DNA of 28,780 bases from Ginkgo biloba (Eukaryota; Plantae; Ginkgophyta). Made by a program: the position numbers and the translations under genes. The notes under the pieces were generated by a model. That model saw only the letters and a list, made by a program, of their open reading frames with translations. It did no database searches and was not told where the DNA came from. Below are positions 25,252 to 28,780 of the stretch, piece by piece; the stretch's first letter is position 1; each line of letters starts with the position of its first letter. Where the stretch lies: the NCBI GenBank assembly GCA_024626585.2, contig JANKJI020000002.1, positions 120,371,696 through 120,400,475 of the forward strand, in the 5' to 3' direction.

Positions 25252-26872
25252 TTAGCCTAAACCCTAGACTACCTCTACTTTGCACCTACTTGTGGTTACC
25301 CTTACAACATGGGCCTACCATTTGTCTCTTACATAATCAATATAATTAACCATAGTCATATACAATATTTTGGGGACATAACATGCCAAGCTATCGTGAC
25401 ATCCTTTGTCATCCAAGCATGGGTCTCCATTGCCCAATAAGTTTCCATGTCTATAAGGGTCCAACTCTTGGGGTCTATAAGTGTTCTCTCAGGATTGTTA
25501 CATTTCACTCCTCTTAAGATGCTTTGCTCTACAAGCATTGGTTTGTGTGCGCTTGCATCATCTTCTCTTATCATCGTTCTTCTTCAATTGGTTTCTTACA
25601 TCTCAAACTCTTCATAGATTTGGTTCTCTTGATAAAGTTGAACCAATGTTCTATTGATGTACGTATGTAGTCTCGCCATTTGACTTCTTGGTAATGAGGA
25701 TGTACATATGCTTGAAGTGATGAAATTGCATCTTATCATGGACTTTCCCTACATCATTTATGCTTGGTTGAAGTGATGACATTTCATCTTATCATGTTCC
25801 CTCCATCATTTGTACAATGCCTGCTTCATCATGATATTGTTCTTATTCACGATTGTCTTTTTCTTCCCTTTCATTGCCAAGTTCTTCTTCTGCTTTCTAT
25901 TCTTCATGTTCAACTTCCTCATCAACCTTGTTATCTTCTTATTTCTTCTTCTTTTTCTCTTTTTCCTCAGGGGTCTTCCTTTAATTCTTTTTGGTTTTCT
26001 TTTGCTCTTCCAAGTTCATCTACTAATTTATTTAATTCTTCCAATATATTTCTTATTCCTTCTTGAATGGCCTTTATTTGATTTGGAGTCAAATATTCCA
26101 TTGCTACACTTTCTTTTGTTAAATTAGGTCAAAGTCATTTTCTATTACTTTTGTTAAGTCCTTAAAATTAGGCCTCAAATCACACCCCAACTTGATTGTG
26201 GTGTTATGGGAGCTTCCTAAATCCGATTGAGCTCAAATTTTATTTGATTCACTATACCGAACTAAAGTTTATGAGAATGGAAAAAAATTTCCAAAAAAAA
26301 GAAACAAAGAAAAAATAGGCAAAATTACCTTCATTTATGATGTACACTGATAAAAACCCTAAATTCCACTCCAAAATCCATATTATCTTCCTAGAGTGGT
26401 TTTGGGTCATTTGATGGCTACTTTTAATGCTCCTTATATGGATTTTGTGTAGGAAAATCTTAACTTTCCAAATTTGCAAAAATTTGCAAGTTTGGTGCCA
26501 CAAATTCCACAATTATAGTTATCGCTTCAGAAATAACCTCAAAATCATAGCTGAAATTGTGTTGAGCTTTGCGAGGGCAAACAAAACCCAAATCAACTCA
26601 ATTCCTTTTTCGAATTGCATGCCTTGATGTCTACTTTTAGGATACATAAAACATTTCTATGAAGTCTACTGAAATTGTCATTGAAACCTCCCATTTTTGT
26701 GAAATCCCTATGAAAAGGCTCCAAAAAAATATTGATTTTAGGCTAACATAAAATGCACTTTTTAGGAGCTTCAAGCCTCAAAATAAGATGCTTTATTTTT
26801 ATTTTTTTGAAATTGTATAGCTCTATTTGATCTTTTGGAATATGTAAAAAATTTGCATGAAATTCAACGTCT
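25252..26872. mobile_element. Repeat/LTR-retrotransposon-like DNA lying between the two parts of the PPR-SMR gene
   Basis: No PPR/SMR homology is visible. There is an LTR-terminus-like GGGGACATAACA ending at 25383 (TGTTATGTCCCC on the minus strand), plus low-complexity pyrimidine-rich and A/T-tract-rich blocks. Confidence 0.55.
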
Positions 26873-26972
26873 NNNNNNNNNNNNNNNNNNNNNNNNNNNN
26901 NNNNNNNNNNNNNNNNNNNNNNNNNNNNNNNNNNNNNNNNNNNNNNNNNNNNNNNNNNNNNNNNNNNNNNNN

Positions 26973-28633
26973 ACTTTGCCACGTTCCTCTATTTCACACC
27001 GGGTAAGAACAGATAGAAGACACCCGCAAAGCCGGTCATCTGGAGAGAGCTCTGCTTCAAGAAGTCGATCGAATGTCCTTACAACATCATCATATCTTTT
27101 GGATTTGCCATAGCCTTGGATAAGAGAAGTGAAAACAAACACGTTAGGTGAATATCCAGCCTCAAGCATCTTAGTCAACATTTTCTCGGCCTCAATAACT
27201 TGTCCTACTCTTGCATAAATATGAATCATTGGAGTATAACTCCAATTATCAGGCTTACAATTCTCAGACTTTGACATCTCGTCAAACAGTCCTAAGGCTT
27301 CATCAACAAGACCCATATCAGCACACATACTCAAAAGAATATTGTAAAGAACATTATCTAATTCCCATCCTTCCTCTTTCATTTTCGCAAAATACTCCAA
27401 TGCATCATCTGGCCAGCGAGCTTTGCCATAAGCCCTTATAAGGGCACTGAATGTAATCCGGTTCGGGGAAATACCAGCTTCAACCATCTCTTTATATAAA
27501 GACTTCACCTGCCATGGTCTACCAGCCCTTCCCATTGCATCAAGCATTGTATTATATATTACTAGATTAACTTTTACACCTAAAAATTTCATCTCTTCAT
27601 AAGTATTCAGAACTCCTTCGTAATTCCCGGAAACAGCATACATTCTTATCAATGTAGCAAATGTTATAGTATCCAAATGCCATCCTTCACTCCTAGCTTT
27701 ATCATACAATTTCAAAGCTTCATCGACCTTACCTGCTCTTCCATAGGTATCTATCATTGCCGAATATGTAACTTCGTCTGGAACGCACCCTGATTCTTGC
27801 ATTTTCTCGAACCATTCAACACCCTTGTGGGGCACCTTGCACTGTCTGGCACAGCTTATCACAGTGGAAAACGTGATATTGTCTGGTTGCATACCTTCGC
27901 CAACCATTTGCTCAAGCAATTCCTCTACCAACTCCCATTGCATTCCCTTCCTTAAGACCTTCATGGTAACATTGTACATTATCTTGTCCATCACAAAACC
28001 TTCCTTGGCCTTAAAATACTTGAAGGTGAGGTGGGCTTTTTCCCAACTATTTAGATTGTTTATAATGAATACTGCTTGCTTGGCAATCGGTTTATCACCC
28101 AATAGTTTCAAAATACCAGAAACAGCTTCTTGTGTGTGATCACAAGCATTCAGTCTCTGCGCAATGTCCATGAGTTTGGCATACTTGGGATTCCCATATT
28201 TTTGGACAAGAGCAGCGGTTTTAGGTTTTTTGGGATTTACCCATATTGAGTTTTTGCTCGTGAAAGTCTTTCTCGGAGAATTTTGTTGCAGAGATTCTGT
28301 GGGAGCCGGGATGTCCTCACTGCAGATGGAATTAGTGGGGATTGAGATTTGGTCAGTGTTCGAATCGTGTGTTGAATCGAAAGAAGAAAACAAATCCTTT
28401 TCCTGTGTTGTGGATTGGGAATCCAGGCTGAATCCAGATGTACTGTAAGCAAAGGACCTTGCTTTGGTGCTATTCAAGGTGAGTGGATTGAATGCATGGT
28501 AGGGCTTCAATCTCCATAGATTTGGGCATATGGAGAATGTGAAGGATGGGGTTTTGCATAGAGAATACGATGGAGTTATGACGGTATTCGGAGGTTGGGA
28601 ATAATGCGCATTTGCTGGCATTGCTACAGCCAT
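26973..28633 (-). CDS. SVR7: P-class pentatricopeptide repeat protein, N-terminal part of a PPR-SMR protein, probably chloroplastic (SVR7/ATP4-like)
   Basis: An intact 553-codon ORF starts from an ATG in acaATGG context. It has a Ser/Thr/Pro-rich transit-peptide-like N-terminus, an IWVNPK motif, nine regular 35-36-aa PPRs plus a degenerate tenth, and SVR7-type motifs (VEWFEKM, SGNYEG.LN.YEEMK, RPWQ, DDVVRTFD, CGCLL). It runs into the N gap at 26972. Confidence 0.93.
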
Positions 28634-28780
28634 TGTACGCTTACGCTACTGCTGCTCGAACCTGTCTCTGATCCAGAATAAGAGGTCGCATGTGAGGTTT
28701 TTTGTTTTTTAATTTTTCATCCTAATGAACGAATCAATGAGCGTAGTTTACTCTTCTATCAAAAACTATAATCCACAAGA

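Noticed and set aside
25258-25268. Telomere-like TAAACCCTAG at the SMR junction
   Set aside because: It is a single unit, and similar AAACCCT words are scattered through the repeats here, so it is not an interstitial telomere array.
25764-26127. Phe/Leu-rich ORFs resembling membrane proteins
   Set aside because: They are translations of a low-complexity pyrimidine-rich strand within repeat DNA.
26973-26974. GT immediately before the gap as a splice donor
   Set aside because: It is equally the start of a Val codon. It would be phase 0, incompatible with the phase-1 acceptor candidate, and would skip ~70 conserved codons.

Overview
This window is eukaryotic land-plant nuclear DNA, probably gymnosperm-like (inferred from TE load and protein style). 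It comes from a fragmented assembly with many N gaps, most of them 100-N placeholders. About 85% is decayed transposable-element debris. There are L1-type LINE remnants on the + strand at ~3.2-4.2, 4.4-5.5, 11.2-15.8 and 18.5-21.8 kb. Ty3/gypsy pieces include a chromodomain with a PPT, a CRM-like protease, and a tRNA-iMet PBS followed by a non-coding duplicated internal region. There are also two tandem duplications and an orphan La-protein RRM exon. The only convincing host gene is a minus-strand, probably plastid-targeted PPR-SMR gene of the SVR7/ATP4 type (28633->24895). Its PPR tract and SMR domain are separated by an assembly gap plus ~1.6 kb of repeat-like DNA. I found no evidence for a clearly new biological system. 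The best leads are the split PPR-SMR gene, its readable PPR code, the La/GW-rich chimeric fragment, a LINE tail with a distantly placed RNase H, and a possible non-autonomous LTR element. All family assignments come from motif recognition by eye, not from database searches.
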